Source of the DNA: Octopus bimaculoides
Taxonomy: Eukaryota
Assembly (NCBI RefSeq): GCF_001194135.2
Contig: NC_068982.1
Span: 145,149,001 to 145,213,000, forward strand
Direction of reading: 5' to 3'
Length of the DNA: 64,000 nucleotides
Below, piece by piece: positions 50,035 to 62,560 of the stretch. The position numbers and the translations under genes are program-made. How positions within the stretch are numbered: position 1 is the first letter of the stretch; every line of letters starts with the position of its first letter. The notes beneath the pieces were generated by a model. That model did no database searches and had not been told where the DNA came from. It saw only the letters and a program-made list of their open reading frames with translations.

Positions 50035-51279
50035 TATATATATATATATATATATATATGCATGAATGTATGTATGTGTGTATGTATGTAGGTATGTATA
50101 TATGTATATATATGTATGCATGTATATGTATTTATATTTACATATATGTATACACACGCACATTCACGCAGACACACGTGCGTGCGCAGGCGTGGACGGG
50201 GAAGAGAGATTGCTGCTAACGAATATTTTTATTAAATTTTAGAAGAAAATCCCATTCAATGAAAATATTTAAAACTTCATTTGAAATAAACGACAATCAC
50301 GAATCACTCTATATGTTTAATTGCAGATGCTTGCATGATGCTTGATTTTGGTCTATTCAGTCATATTTACATATCTATATCTGTGTATAAACATCTAAAT
50401 CTCCTTTGTGTATGTGTATATATATATATATATAAACACCAACATTGGTTGTCGAGCGATGATGGTNNNNNNNNNNNNNNNNNNNNNNNNNNNNNNNNNN
50501 NNNNNNNNNNNNNNNNNNNNNNNNNNNNNNNNNNNNNNNNNNNNNNNNNNNNNNNNNNNNNNNNNNNNNNNNNNNNNNNNNNNNNNNNNNNNNNNNNNNN
50601 NNNNNNNNNNNNNNNNNNNNNNNNNNNNNNNNNNNNNNNNNNNNNNNNNNNNNNNNNNNNNNNNNNNNNNNNNNNNNNNNNNNNNNNNNNNNNNNNNNNN
50701 NNNNNNNNNNNNNNNNNNNNNNNNNNNNNNNNNNNNNNNNNNNNNNNNNNNNNNNNNNNNNNNNNNNNNNNNNNNNNNNNNNNNNNNNNNNNNNNNNNNN
50801 NNNNNNNNNNNNNNNNNNNNNNNNNNNNNNNNNNNNNNNNNNNNNNNNNNNNNNNNNNNNNNNNNNNNNNNNNNNNNNNNNNNNNNNNNNNNNNNNNNNN
50901 NNNNNNNNNNNNNNNNNNNNNNNNNNNNNNNNNNNNNNNNNNNNNNNNNNNNNNNNNNNNNNNNNNNNNNNNNNNNNNNNNNNNNNNNNNNNNNNNNNNN
51001 NNNNNNNNNNNNNNNNNNNNNNNNNNNNNNNNNNNNNNNNNNNNNNNNNNNNNNNNNNNNNNNNNNNNNNNNNNNNNNNNNNNNNNNNNNNNNNNNNNNN
51101 NNNNNNNNNNNNNNNNNNNNNNNNNNNNNNNNNNNNNNNNNNNNNNNNNNNNNNNNNNNNNNNNNNNNNNNNNNNNNNNNNNNNNNNNNNNNNNNNNNNN
51201 NNNNNNNNNNNNNNNNNNNNNNNNNNNNNNNNNNNNNNNNNNNNNNNNNNNNNNNNNNNNNNNNNNNNNNNATCAGAGA

Positions 51280-51650
51280 AATGTCAATGTAAAAAGGGTA
51301 AACAGATTAGGTTTATCCGTGGAAAGAAAGGCCTACGGAAAAGACCACGGTAACCTTGGGCAATAATGTAATCCAAAAAAAAAAAAAAGACACATTGCAG
51401 TAAGTGACTCACTATTTTCCTTTCTTTTTTGGGTTCGTAGAATTATGTTTAAGCTAGCTCCCTTATTCACACGTGCCATCCTTGCTACATTGACCTATCT
51501 TATTTTGAAACATTCACTAGACAAAACTTCTCTCTCTACTCTCACCTTCCTCTTCAAGTGATACTTGAAGAAGTTGATGAGAGATTGATCAGAGAGAAAA
51601 GTGTTTGTCTCTGGACCTTTGAGACGCGTCCACCATACACACTATTTCGC
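51280..51650 (-). mobile_element. Tx1/L1-like LINE 3' end
   Basis: Minus strand VWWTRLKGPETNTFLSDQSLINFFKYHLKRKVRVEREVLSSECFKIR*VNVARM (W..R.......F..HL..K.R.ER....F...W pattern), followed by 3' UTR. Confidence 0.7.
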
Positions 51651-51666
51651 TATAGCCACAAGTACG

Positions 51667-51813
51667 CGCTTCTTTCAGTTTCCGTCTACCAAATCGACTC
51701 ACAAGGATTTGGTCGGCCCGAGGCTATAGTAGACGACAGTTTGCTAAGGGGCCACGCAGAGGGACTGAATTCGTGGTTGGGAAGCAATCTTCTTACCATA
51801 CAGCCACTCCTGT
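51667..51813 (-). mobile_element. SINE family B 5' half
   Basis: Minus strand GGAGTGGCTGTATGGTAAGAAGATTGCTTCCCAACCACG..CTACTATAGCCTCGGGCCGACCAAA..GGTAGACGGAAACTGAAAGAAG. Confidence 0.85.
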
Positions 51814-51992
51814 CCGTTGAAAATTAAGACCAACACCATTCCTCCATGTGACAGACTTGAAAAATTGTTAAGATATTAACATACTTTCCTATTTATCTTA
51901 ACATGAAATCAATGGTAGCCTTAATTCACAAATAATAAAATTCTGTCCACCAGTGCGGTGCTGAACACTCAGTTTTATCGTTCGACTTTTAC

Positions 51993-52023
<31 letters not shown>

Positions 52024-52477
52024 NNNNNNNNNNNNNNNNNNNNNNNNNNNNNNNNNNNNNNNNNNNNNNNNNNNNNNNNNNNNNNNNNNNNNNNNNNNNN
52101 NNNNNNNNNNNNNNNNNNNNNNNNNNNNNNNNNNNNNNNNNNNNNNNNNNNNNNNNNNNNNNNNNNNNNNNNNNNNNNNNNNNNNNNNNNNNNNNNNNNN
52201 NNNNNNNNNNNNNNNNNNNNNNNNNNNNNNNNNNNNNNNNNNNNNNNNNNNNNNNNNNNNNNNNNNNNNNNNNNNNNNNNNNNNNNNNNNNNNNNNNNNN
52301 NNNNNNNNNNNNNNNNNNNNNNNNNNNNNNNNNNNNNNNNNNNNNNNNNNNNNNNNNNNNNNNNNNNNNNNNNNNNNNNNNNNNNNNNNNNNNNNNNNNN
52401 NNNNNNNNNNNNNNNNNNNNNNNNNNNNNNNNNNNNNNNNNNNNNNNNNNNNNNNNNNNNNNNNNNNNNNNNNNNNN

Positions 52478-52515
<38 letters not shown>

Positions 52516-52869
52516 AGTGTGTGTGTGTGTATATATATACACATATGTCGTTTGTCTTGGCTGCTAGAATTCCTATATCACGTGATTTCATTGTACTGAA
52601 TAAAAATAATAGCACAGTATTCGATGTTCTAAGAAGATATCCCTGTTAAGTTGGATATAGAGATTGCTTTTTGTTCTTGATAGCGCATCTGTCACTAATA
52701 TTTAATTTCTAATAAGCCTGCTGGCTTTTTGCGACATAAATGTCTGAAAAGACGCTGATATTCTCTATATCACAGCAGCGACATCTGACTGGCATGCGGT
52801 GATTGGATACTATCCACTGATAATTTTTGAATCAATTGAAATGACTTGTTATGGAAATTTGTATATATA

Positions 52870-53000
52870 TATATATGGTTGAATTGCACAAGAAGCAAAA
52901 GACAGAGACAAATGAAGGAACAACAAGTGGACGTATTAGTTTGTCGCTCGGTAAAACTGGAATGTCCTTCACGTTTTGAGCCCATCCCGCTCGACATAAA
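52870..53000. mobile_element. Second Penelope-like terminal fragment
   Basis: CAAAAGACAGAGAC..ACAACAAG..TAGTTTGTCGCTCGG..CTTCACGTTTTGAGCC..TCGACA, homologous to 21470-21570. Confidence 0.55.
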
Positions 53001-53019
53001 AGGATGAGAGGAAAATGGG

Positions 53020-53073
<54 letters not shown>

Positions 53074-53221
53074 CGGAGAGAGAGAGCGAGAGAGAGAGAG
53101 AAAATGTGTCGGGATTAATGGTTCTCTATGTTGAAACCTATATATATGTGTGTGTGTGTGTGCGCGTGTGTGTGTTTGTGTGTGTGTGAGTGTGTGCATG
53201 TTTGTGTATGTGTTTATGTCT

Positions 53222-53387
53222 GTTTGTTCCCTTTACCGCTTGATAACCAGTGCTGATGTGTTTACGTACCCGTAAACTAGCGGTTCAGCAAATGAAACAA
53301 ATAGAATAAGTACTGGAATCAGTTCATTTGACTAAAATTCTTTAAGGTGGTGCTCCAGCATGACCGCAAGGCTGAAACAAGTAAAAA
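53222..53387 (+). mobile_element. SINE family B tail
   Basis: GCTTGATAACCAGTGCTGATGTGTTTACG..TAGCGGTTCAGCAAA..GTGGTGCTCCAGCATGACCGCA..GAAACAAGTAAAA. Confidence 0.8.
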
Positions 53388-53683
53388 CTATATATATATA
53401 TATATATATATATATNNNNNNNNNNNNNNNNNNNNNNNNNNNNNNNNNNNNNNNNNNNNNNNNNNNNNNNNNNNNNNNNNNNNNNNNNNNNNNNNNNNNN
53501 NNNNNNNNNNNNNNNNNNNNNNNNNNNNNNNNNNNNNNNNNNNNNNNNNNNNNNNNNNNNNNNNNNNNNNNNNNNNNNNNNNNNNNNNNNNNNNNNNNNN
53601 NNNNNNNNNNNNNNNNNNNNNNNNNNNNNNNNNNNNNNNNNNNNNNNNNNNNNNNNNNNNNNNNNNNNNNNNNNNNNNNNNNN

Positions 53684-53754
<71 letters not shown>

Positions 53755-54615
53755 ATGACTGTGTTAGTTTATTAATGTTTATGGGACCGTCTATGTATGC
53801 TTGTAAATTTTATATAGCTACCTAAATATGTTCATGTCCGTGCATGTGTGTGTGTGTGTGTGTGTGAGTGTGTGTGTGTGTGTGTGTGTATGTGCGTACA
53901 CGCGCACGTTTGTACTGCGTGTCTGTGATAGTTTTCAAATGTCTCTTTTCATGTATATCTTTGCAGCTAGATGTATATAAATAAGCTACGTATTCAGTAT
54001 CATTTGATATTAAACGAGTGATATAATGTGCAGAAACTTTATGTTTTGTCTAATTTCATGCAGACGTTCATATATAAAGACAGGCTTACTTATCTCGTCA
54101 TACAAACACTCATACACTTATGTACACATATTTGATAATATGAGTATTACAAATACTTGATGTTCATTTCCTTGACAGGCGTAATGGCCTATTGAATTGA
54201 ACAGCACGCTATATCTATAATTATAGCAACATGCTTGTAGGATGGTTGGTGATTACTTTCTGTCTGCTAATACTTACTTTGTCTTGGAGATTACAATTTG
54301 GAATCGGCATTAAGAGCAATCTTTTAACAATCCGCCTTTTCGTGTAATTGCCAGATATAACAACATGAATTATCTAAACGTTAATATGATGAACTTTAAC
54401 CTATGGTTTAGAAGAGAAAGAAAAAAGAGAGAGAGAAAGAGAGAAGGAAAGAGAGCACCACGTAGAGTATAGTTCTCAAAATTCTTTTGCCTATGGACAC
54501 CTTTGATTCCACTTTTACACGAGTGTACCCACATAGTCGTTCAATGTTTAAAAAATCTTATTATATTTTAATAATTACATATCATTGAGAATTGTATAAA
54601 ATTTTTTAGAAGAGA

Positions 54616-55028
54616 AGCTGCGTGGTAAGAAGCTTGCTTCTCAACCTTATGGTTCCGGGTTCAGTCCCACTGCACGGCACCTTGGGCACATGTCTTCTAC
54701 TAGTACTATAGCCTCGGGCTGACCAAAGCCTATTTTGTGGAGTTGGTAAACGGAAACTGAAAGAAGCCCGTCGTATATATATATATATATTTATATATAC
54801 ATATATGTATGTGTGTGTGCGTGTGTGTGTGTGTGTGTGTTTGTCCGCCCACCATCTCTTGACAATCGATGCTGGCGTGTTTACATGCCCGTAACGTAGC
54901 GGCTCGGCAAAAGAGACCAATAGAATAAGTATTAGGCTCACAAAGACTAAGTCCTGGGGTCGATTTGTTCGGCCAAAGGTGATGCTCCAGCATGGTCGCA
55001 GTGAAACGATTGAAAGAAGTAAAAGAGT
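54616..55028 (+). mobile_element. SINE family B, essentially full length
   Basis: tRNA-like head, CORE-like CACCTTGGGCACATGTCTTC, internal (TA)n(TG)n and complete tail. Confidence 0.9.
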
Positions 55029-55139
55029 AAATATTTTGTGTATTGAACAAATATAACCAATTTATTGCACATATATTTTAACATCAAAATACTATGTAAA
55101 ATTCCCAAGGGTCATATGAACCTCGGTTGAAAGCTACTG

Positions 55140-55480
55140 AGCACTTTGTAACGGTTTGGAGGCAAGGGTCTGATGTTTTTGCTTAAATAGCTGGAAGTTA
55201 ACAGCTTCGAGAGAAAACTTTAGCAGGGTGGTTAATTCCAGATGGGTAACCTAATGAGAAGAAATGATTAGAGATAATGGTCACTGCAAAGATTGTGTTG
55301 AAGTAGTTGTTGAATTCGAACTAAGTGATGAGTTGAGGAAAAACGAATGAACGTGCATGACCCGAATAGAAGTGACAAGGAAAAAAAAATTAACCAGATC
55401 TGTGAAGCAGGAGGTACTTTAGTTGCCATAGAAAACGAAAAATGAGGGGCCAGTACGTAAGTAGCTGTGAGGTCGGTGTG
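55140..55480 (-). mobile_element. Decayed CR1/L2-like LINE 3' end
   Basis: Minus strand ...CCATCTGGAATTAACCACCCTGCTAAAGTTTTCTCTCGAAGCTGTTAACTTCCAGCTATTTAAG resembles the WN.LP..VFP....L..FK terminal motif. Confidence 0.5.
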
Positions 55481-55532
55481 TCCTGGGGAACATCTTCATG
55501 CCAAACAATGGGATAGCTTTTTATTGAGACAT

Positions 55533-55589
55533 GGTCAAGAATATTCCTGTGTGCAGCTTTTACAACTGCACACAGGAATATTTTAGACC
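55533..55589. repeat. 57-nt hairpin with a 17-bp perfect core
   Basis: AATATTCCTGTGTGCAG (55540-55556) / CTGCACACAGGAATATT (55566-55582), 9-nt loop, extended by GGTC/GACC. Confidence 0.9.
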
Positions 55590-55750
55590 ACTGTTATGAA
55601 ACAGTACTTGGATTTGGATTTGACATGAGAGACCGCACCCTGTATCCATGATTTTTATGAATGAAATAAGCTAAATACATAATACAAAACACAAAACACA
55701 AAATACATAAAACATTTTATACATGTATAAATGTACAATACATTTCTAAA

Positions 55751-56075
55751 TTTCTTTTCCTGGTTTCAGTCATTGAACTGCGGTCATGTTGGGGCTCCGT
55801 CTTGAAGGGTTAATAGTGAAACAAATCGAGCCAATACTTTTTAAGTTTGGGACTTATTCTATTGGTTTCTTTTGCTGAAGCGCTAAGTTACTGAGACTTA
55901 AAACACCCAACACTGGTTGTCAATCGGCGTGGAAGGGACAGACACAGTCACACACATATGTATTTGCCTCGTACACAAAGCATTGGTCGCCTCGGGTCTA
56001 GGTATTGTGCTGTGGAAGTGAATCTGAAACGACGCGGTTGTAAAGTGAGCTCTTGAACCAAACAACCGTATATGC
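55751..56075 (-). mobile_element. SINE family B, old
   Basis: GTTTCAGTCATTGAACTGCGGTCATGTTGGGGCTCCG..ACTTATTCTATTGGTTTCTTTTGCTGAA..GGTTGTCAA. Confidence 0.7.
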
Positions 56076-56648
56076 ACAAATTGGTATCAAACAGGACTTT
56101 ACTGTGTACACGTTGTCAGTCAATTACTTCATGACAGATACAATATAGAGTTTCGTTGTCTTAAGTTTAGTGCCACAAACATGTGGTCACATGAGCAACG
56201 TTATAATACTGTTTTACGGGGATATCACAGTATTAAGGGTTTAATTCCTTCTGTTAATGATATTAGGTGTGAAGTAATGCACGTATGACAACATGAAAAT
56301 TAGTGAGAATGTAGCAATGTTGCAGTAATTGTCACATATACGTTCCTAGAAGGAGTGTCAGCCAAAGATCGCCTCAAACAAAGGGTTAGAAGCATCCATT
56401 CAGTCTATGTGAAATGTTTAAGTTGATGGCATTTAAATAATTACACAAGCAAGTCTCGAGAGTTCAAGCCATTGTGTTTCTGGTAAAAAAATCATTTAAT
56501 CTTGATTCGCAATAAAGACAGCAATAGTTCGTCAGAGATTGCTTAACCTAAAACGAAATCCCATCGATCGTTTCTCGTTGCCTTCGGCTGTGGTGGTTCT
56601 TGTCTGCACGGAATTTACACATAGACTTTCGCGACCACACACACACAC

Positions 56649-56688
<40 letters not shown>

Positions 56689-56969
56689 TGTATATATACG
56701 ATAACATATATGGTAATAAAACAAACTTATATATATAAACATATATATATATATATATATATATANNNNNNNNNNNNNNNNNNNNNNNNNNNNNNNNNNN
56801 NNNNNNNNNNNNNNNNNNNNNNNNNNNNNNNNNNNNNNNNNNNNNNNNNNNNNNNNNNNNNNNNNNNNNNNNNNNNNNNNNNNNNNNNNNNNNNNNNNNN
56901 NNNNNNNNNNNNNNNNNNNNNNNNNNNNNNNNNNNNNNNNNNNNNNNNNNNNNNNNNNNNNNNNNNNNN

Positions 56970-57015
<46 letters not shown>

Positions 57016-57547
57016 AGAGAGTGAAAGAGAGAAGGAGAGACAAAGCACAGACTTTACTATTAATAAAATATGAAGAACGTTAAACATTGGCCTGTAGCCA
57101 AGTCATACATTTTGGGATATCGCACAGTCGATTAAATCGATTTGAACGAATAATTCAAACTGACGAAACTAAACACCGCAAGTCGTTTTGTCTGGCGATC
57201 TATTAATTTTACATTGAACCACCTTCAATAAAACAGTAATAACAATAACATCTTATAGATATTTTAGATGCCGTGGAATCATCTTTGAACATTTTATTAG
57301 GTCTAGGATTTCAAATCCTGCCCGAGTTTTAGTGCCTTTCGTCCTTGTGAGATCAATTAAATAAGTATCGGTAAATAAGTGCTGATGTCGATGTAACTGG
57401 CTATAATCTAGAAAGCCATGTCTAAGTACAAACCTCATTATAACTATTTCTCTTACGACCTTATATTTGAACTAGATTGTTATAAATCCTCTGGCACTGT
57501 GTCCAGAGTAATGTAGTATTGATCTTTCTCAGTTACATATAGAATAA

Positions 57548-57640
57548 ACGAAATATACGAAATATAGAATGAGATATAAACTTACGAAATGTAGAGCGAA
57601 ATATAGATCGAAATATACAAAATATAGAACGAAATATAAA
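57548..57640 (+). repeat. Degenerate ~10-bp repeat (GAAATATA..)
   Basis: GAAATATA-like unit recurs about eight times. Confidence 0.7.
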
Positions 57641-57779
57641 TAACAAAAATAATTGATTATAATGATCGGATGAGTCTCATTTTCAATTTCTTTATGGTCC
57701 ATCAACGAAAAACAAAATGAAAATAATCAACAGACCTAGACTGTTTTTAACATACATAAGGTACAGAAAAAGAAATCCT

Positions 57780-58010
57780 AGTAAGGGAATTAATATCTGT
57801 TATTGCTTGTTGTGTTGGCCTAGTGAATTCTGCACCCCAGTTTTCGGTTGTATGGATTCATTGAATCAAAGTGAAGCAAAATATTTGTGTTATACTTGCC
57901 ATCTGGAACGTCTTGTGAACCACAGTCATCAAGAGCCGTTGAGTCCAACATTTGCAAAATTTTAGGTTAATAGTGTGCATGGCTCAACTCCACTCTCCAC
58001 AAAAAACAGC
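57780..58010 (+). mobile_element. Possible I/Ingi-like LINE RT remnant
   Basis: Frameshifted ISVIA..LLCWPSEFCTPV, loosely like TSALALCYS.AEYCAPVW. Confidence 0.3.
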
Positions 58011-58500
58011 TCCTTTTTAGCCATGTGAACGGGAGAAAATGAACTGATAAGCCTAGCCTAAGGCCACACTTTGCTGCCCTGTCTGTAAATGGAACTCACT
58101 ACGTTGCACTCGAGAATCTAACAACCAAATCGTTAAGACACTTACTTTCATATTCTTGTCATATGCTTTGGTTGAGAGTCAGTTCTAATGCTTTAACAAT
58201 TCTAGTGTGTATGTTCCATAAAAGAAATTGCGCATGCATAAGAATATATAATATTACTGAATGAAGAATAGAAATATATTCTGGAATTGTACATATGATG
58301 TGTATTTGTTATTTTGACTTGGACCACAACCAAATTTTCTTCGGATATATGATAATGACAATACAATTGAATATCGCCTTTATTGAATTATCCATGCTCA
58401 TTAGACATTGAAAGTATTTTCACTGCCGGTCCTCTCTAACATCAAATGGATATGTCTCATTAACTTTCTTTACTTCCTCCAGTCTATGGCACCCGCTTAC

Positions 58501-58612
58501 CTTTACATATTCTTTCAAACCTGAAGAAACTACTTCATAAATTGATTCTGTAACGTGTCTCCTAAGTGACTTACCAATTCCCGAGCCAGAAATGTATTCA
58601 TACGTAAAGTAG
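58501..58612 (-). CDS. Candidate exon of an unidentified gene
   Basis: Acceptor tatttatctctctag|C; open frame YFTYEYISGSGIGKSLRRHVTESIYEVVSSGLKEYVK; two consensus donors (TTG|gtaagt at 58575, AAG|gtaagc at 58501). Confidence 0.35.
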
Positions 58613-58685
58613 CTAGAGAGATAAATAGATAGATACATGCATGCATAATCATGCACGCACAATCGCATACATATATACATACATG

Positions 58686-58718
<33 letters not shown>

Positions 58719-58820
58719 TTATGTTTTTATGTGCATGATATATATTTATATGTATATATGGACGTGTGCGAGGGCGTAGATGTGTATGTGTATATTCATA
58801 TAGAAATATGTTTGTGTGTT

Positions 58821-58866
<46 letters not shown>

Positions 58867-59510
58867 CATACATATATATCTATGTATGTATGTATTATTT
58901 TAGAGTGTGCTAGAAGACAAGGCATATCACTAAATAGTTTACGCTCGGTACGCTGTTCCGCACTCTATGCCTATAATCAACGTGGTTTGAAAGTAACCAT
59001 CACATCTCCGGGGAGACTAGTGTGGGGAATTTGGGTCGTATTGTATAGCAATAATAGCACAGAAAAAAGGAAATTGCTGTTTTTCACCTTTATATAACAC
59101 ACGTCTACCCCACAAGCCGATTGACGCATTTGTGCAACCGTTGGGTTAGGTCCCTCGGTATGTGCAATAAAAAAGGCACAGACTTTATCTCTCTCTCTCT
59201 CACACATACATATACATATATATTCTTGTATTCTTTTACACGTTTCAGCTATGCAGTTGCGGTTGTGCTGGAACACCACCGTGAATATATTCCCTTTCCA
59301 TAAGCCCTCTTTGATAGTTGGTTTCCTCTAAGACGTGGGATTTCATATCACTTTTGAGCTTTGTTCCTGATAGTCAGCCTTGTTCTTGATAGTGAGCCTT
59401 GTTCCTCATTTGGTGAATGAGTAGGTTTGACACTACCACCCTTGTCTGTACTTCCTGCCGGGACGTTAGCTCATCTGGCGTTTTGGATAGAAGAATGTCG
59501 TTTCCGTTTC

Positions 59511-59547
<37 letters not shown>

Positions 59548-60260
59548 ACACACACACACTCACAAAGCATACATATGTCGTTTATATATGTCGTGTGTAA
59601 TTTGTATTTATTGCGTGGGTTATAGTAGAAAACACTAGCACAAGTTAGCGCGCTGTTGGATTGAACTCGAAATTATGAGGCTGCAAAACTAAACAGCCAT
59701 ACTTACTCTCTTAATAGTTTTTAAAAAAAGCTTCAAATTTTTGAAATCTTCAACTACTTTAGGATAAATCGATTATAAATTATATGTGTATTATTTTAAA
59801 TTCTATATTCAACGTTGTTCATTAGATAATTACAATGATATAGGCAACAATTAATTTTATTGCTTTAGAATATTTATTTATAGCCGATTTCATTTTAAGG
59901 ATAACGTTAATGATAATGAAAACGACGTAAACTATTGACTGACTAACACCAGTTATGTTATTTCACTAATGTATGTATCTATTTTATTATTTCCTTCGTT
60001 TTATTAATTCAGTTTCTTTACTTATGCATATTATTTACGTCATTTATACTTAATAACACTTAATAATTCGATAACATTGGCAGGTCTCTAGTTGTGTATA
60101 CTTTTCCTCTCAAACAAAGTAATCATATCGCTCTTCGTAATTTTTACATATAAATTAACCTTTCTAGACACAACACTAATGCTACTATCCATTTACTCCC
60201 CACTGACAAGCGTTACAAACTAATGTTTCATGGCTTAATTGTAAACAATTGTGTGTTCAG

Positions 60261-60428
60261 CTACCAGCCCAAGCTCCACTGCTCGTCAGCTTGTGAAAAG
60301 TAAACTGTCAAAATATCGGCCGCTCTCTGACAGATTTAGGGTCGAGTCTGTGGCAGTGGAGTCCTCTCGCTTTCTCGTACCCCTGACCATATCCCTGCTC
60401 ACCACTACCAAGGCGGAAATAGCTATCC
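60261..60428 (+). CDS. Weak candidate exon in a GC-rich unique island
   Basis: Acceptor tgtgttcag|, donor TCC|gtaagt; 168 nt, symmetric phase 1, one open frame (TSPSSTARQLVKSK...KAEIAI); could be an unrecognised transposon fragment. Confidence 0.25.
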
Positions 60429-62491
60429 GTAAGTGCGATCCCCTCGCTATCCTCCGAGGCAAAGCCTTTTCCACTTTGTTTGCTACCTACCTACCTACCT
60501 TCCTACATACATACACATATGCATACATACATACATACATACATGCATACATGCATACATAAATACACATAAACCTAGACTTCCGTTATTATAGATCTCA
60601 CAGACGACACCAAAAGAGAATGACACGCGACGAATGTTATTAAAGACGCCATTTTAATAAACAAATATTTGGCACAATGGTGCAATGTAAGGTTGCACCT
60701 TTGATGCAAGTCTGATGAAGCGCCACTTTAATGCCTAAAGCTGCGAACTTTACGTAAACTTTCACTTCGAATGTTTTCGTAAACTGGGGTTGCAAGTAGT
60801 GTTGGTACAGAAACAATTGTAACGAATCATTAAAGATGTGTTAAATGATTTCTTTGTCTTATTTGAAATATAATTTACTTTTGGCCATATCCTTACAACA
60901 GTTTTACCGTCGCGAAACCAGGATGTTCTACACTTGAAAAATTCCACTGGAATCTGGCTGTGTCGATATCTCAGAACTAGGGTTGAGTGTCTCTCTGGAA
61001 ATAACGTATATTTATACCCTACCATATATATATATATATANNNNNNNNNNNNNNNNNNNNNNNNNNNNNNNNNNNNNNNNNNNNNNNNNNNNNNNNNNNN
61101 NNNNNNNNNNNNNNNNNNNNNNNNNNNNNNNNNNNNNNNNNNNNNNNNNNNNNNNNNNNNNNNNNNNNNNNNNNNNNNNNNNNNNNNNNNNNNNNNNNNN
61201 NNNNNNNNNNNNNNNNNNNNNNNNNNNNNNNNNNNNNNNNNNNNNNNNNNNNNNNNNNNNNNNNNNNNNNNNNNNNNNNNNNNNNNNNNNNNNNNNNNNN
61301 NNNNNNNNNNNNNNNNNNNNNNNNNNNNNNNNNNNNNNNNNNNNNNNNNNNNNNNNNNNNNNNNNNNNNNNNNNNNNNNNNNNNNNNNNNNNNNNNNNNN
61401 NNNNNNNNNNNNNNNNNNNNNNNNNNNNNNNNNNNNNNNNNNNNNNNNNNNNNNNNNNNNNNNNNNNNNNNNNNNNNNNNNNNNNNNNNNNNNNNNNNNN
61501 NNNNNNNNNNNNNNNNNNNNNNNNNNNNNNNNNNNNNNNNNNNNNNNNNNNNNNNNNNNNNNNNNNNNNNNNNNNNNNNNNNNNNNNNNNNNNNNNNNNN
61601 NNNNNNNNNNNNNNNNNNNNNNNNNNNNNNNNNNNNNNNNNNNNNNNNNNNNNNNNNNNNNNNNNNNNNNNNNNNNNNNNNNNNNNNNNNNNNNNNNNNN
61701 NNNNNNNNNNNNNNNNNNNNNNNNNNNNNNNNNNNNNNNNNNNNNNNNNNNNNNNNNNNNNNNNNNNNNNNNNNNNNNNNNNNNNNNNNNNNNNNNNNNN
61801 NNNNNNNNNNNNNNNNNNNNNNNNNNNNNNNNNNNNNNNNNNTATATATATATATAAATATATATATATAGATATATATATATTCACACACACCCTTATA
61901 CATGCATACACATATAATGTGTTGTAGTTCACTTCATTGCTCACCTGATACTTTTCCTGTAGAAAGTATACCATATTCTCGTAAAAAACAAAGGGTATCA
62001 ATCTAAGGAAGAGTATTTACTTCTCTCAGAGTACCAAAAAGAATATGTGTGAGAATAACATCTATATTTTAAAGAGGATTGAGGTAATTATTACTATACA
62101 TTGCTAAAATCTACGAAAATTAAAGTCTACGAAACATTTTCTGTTATCCGTGCAGCTAAATTTATGGAAATATGGGCCAACATGTATATACGCGTGCACG
62201 TGTATTTCTCCCACTCTCCCTGTTTCTCTCTTATATATATATGGTATATTATATATGGTATATCATTGCTTATTCTGTTCAAAACGCAGTAGAATACAGT
62301 AAAAGTTCATCCAGCTTCAGATTTCACCCTGTGTTATCCAGTAGTAGTATAATACATACTTCTAGGTTTGCGTTTGGGTAGCTGTCATGTGTGAATAGAT
62401 AATTGAAAAAATTTGGATTCAACAAGAAGGAGTACGTTTGGACATTTATTTTCACTCACTACATTTGTTTCTATACAACGTAGTTCTCCAG

Positions 62492-62560
62492 GCGTACAAG
62501 TACCTGATTATGGAAGTTTCCCTCCATTATGGGGTCTCGTTGTGTTTCCTCACGCGATAT
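62492..62560 (+). CDS. Weak candidate exon
   Basis: Acceptor gtagttctccag|, donor TAT|gtaaat; 69 nt, two frames open. Confidence 0.2.

Noticed and set aside
60705-60765. Hammerhead candidate at CTGATGAAG
   Set aside because: GAAC instead of GAAA and no stem I pairing
62440-62560. Gypsy-like ISREETQRDPIM motif on the minus strand
   Set aside because: Too short, with no flanking retroelement motifs
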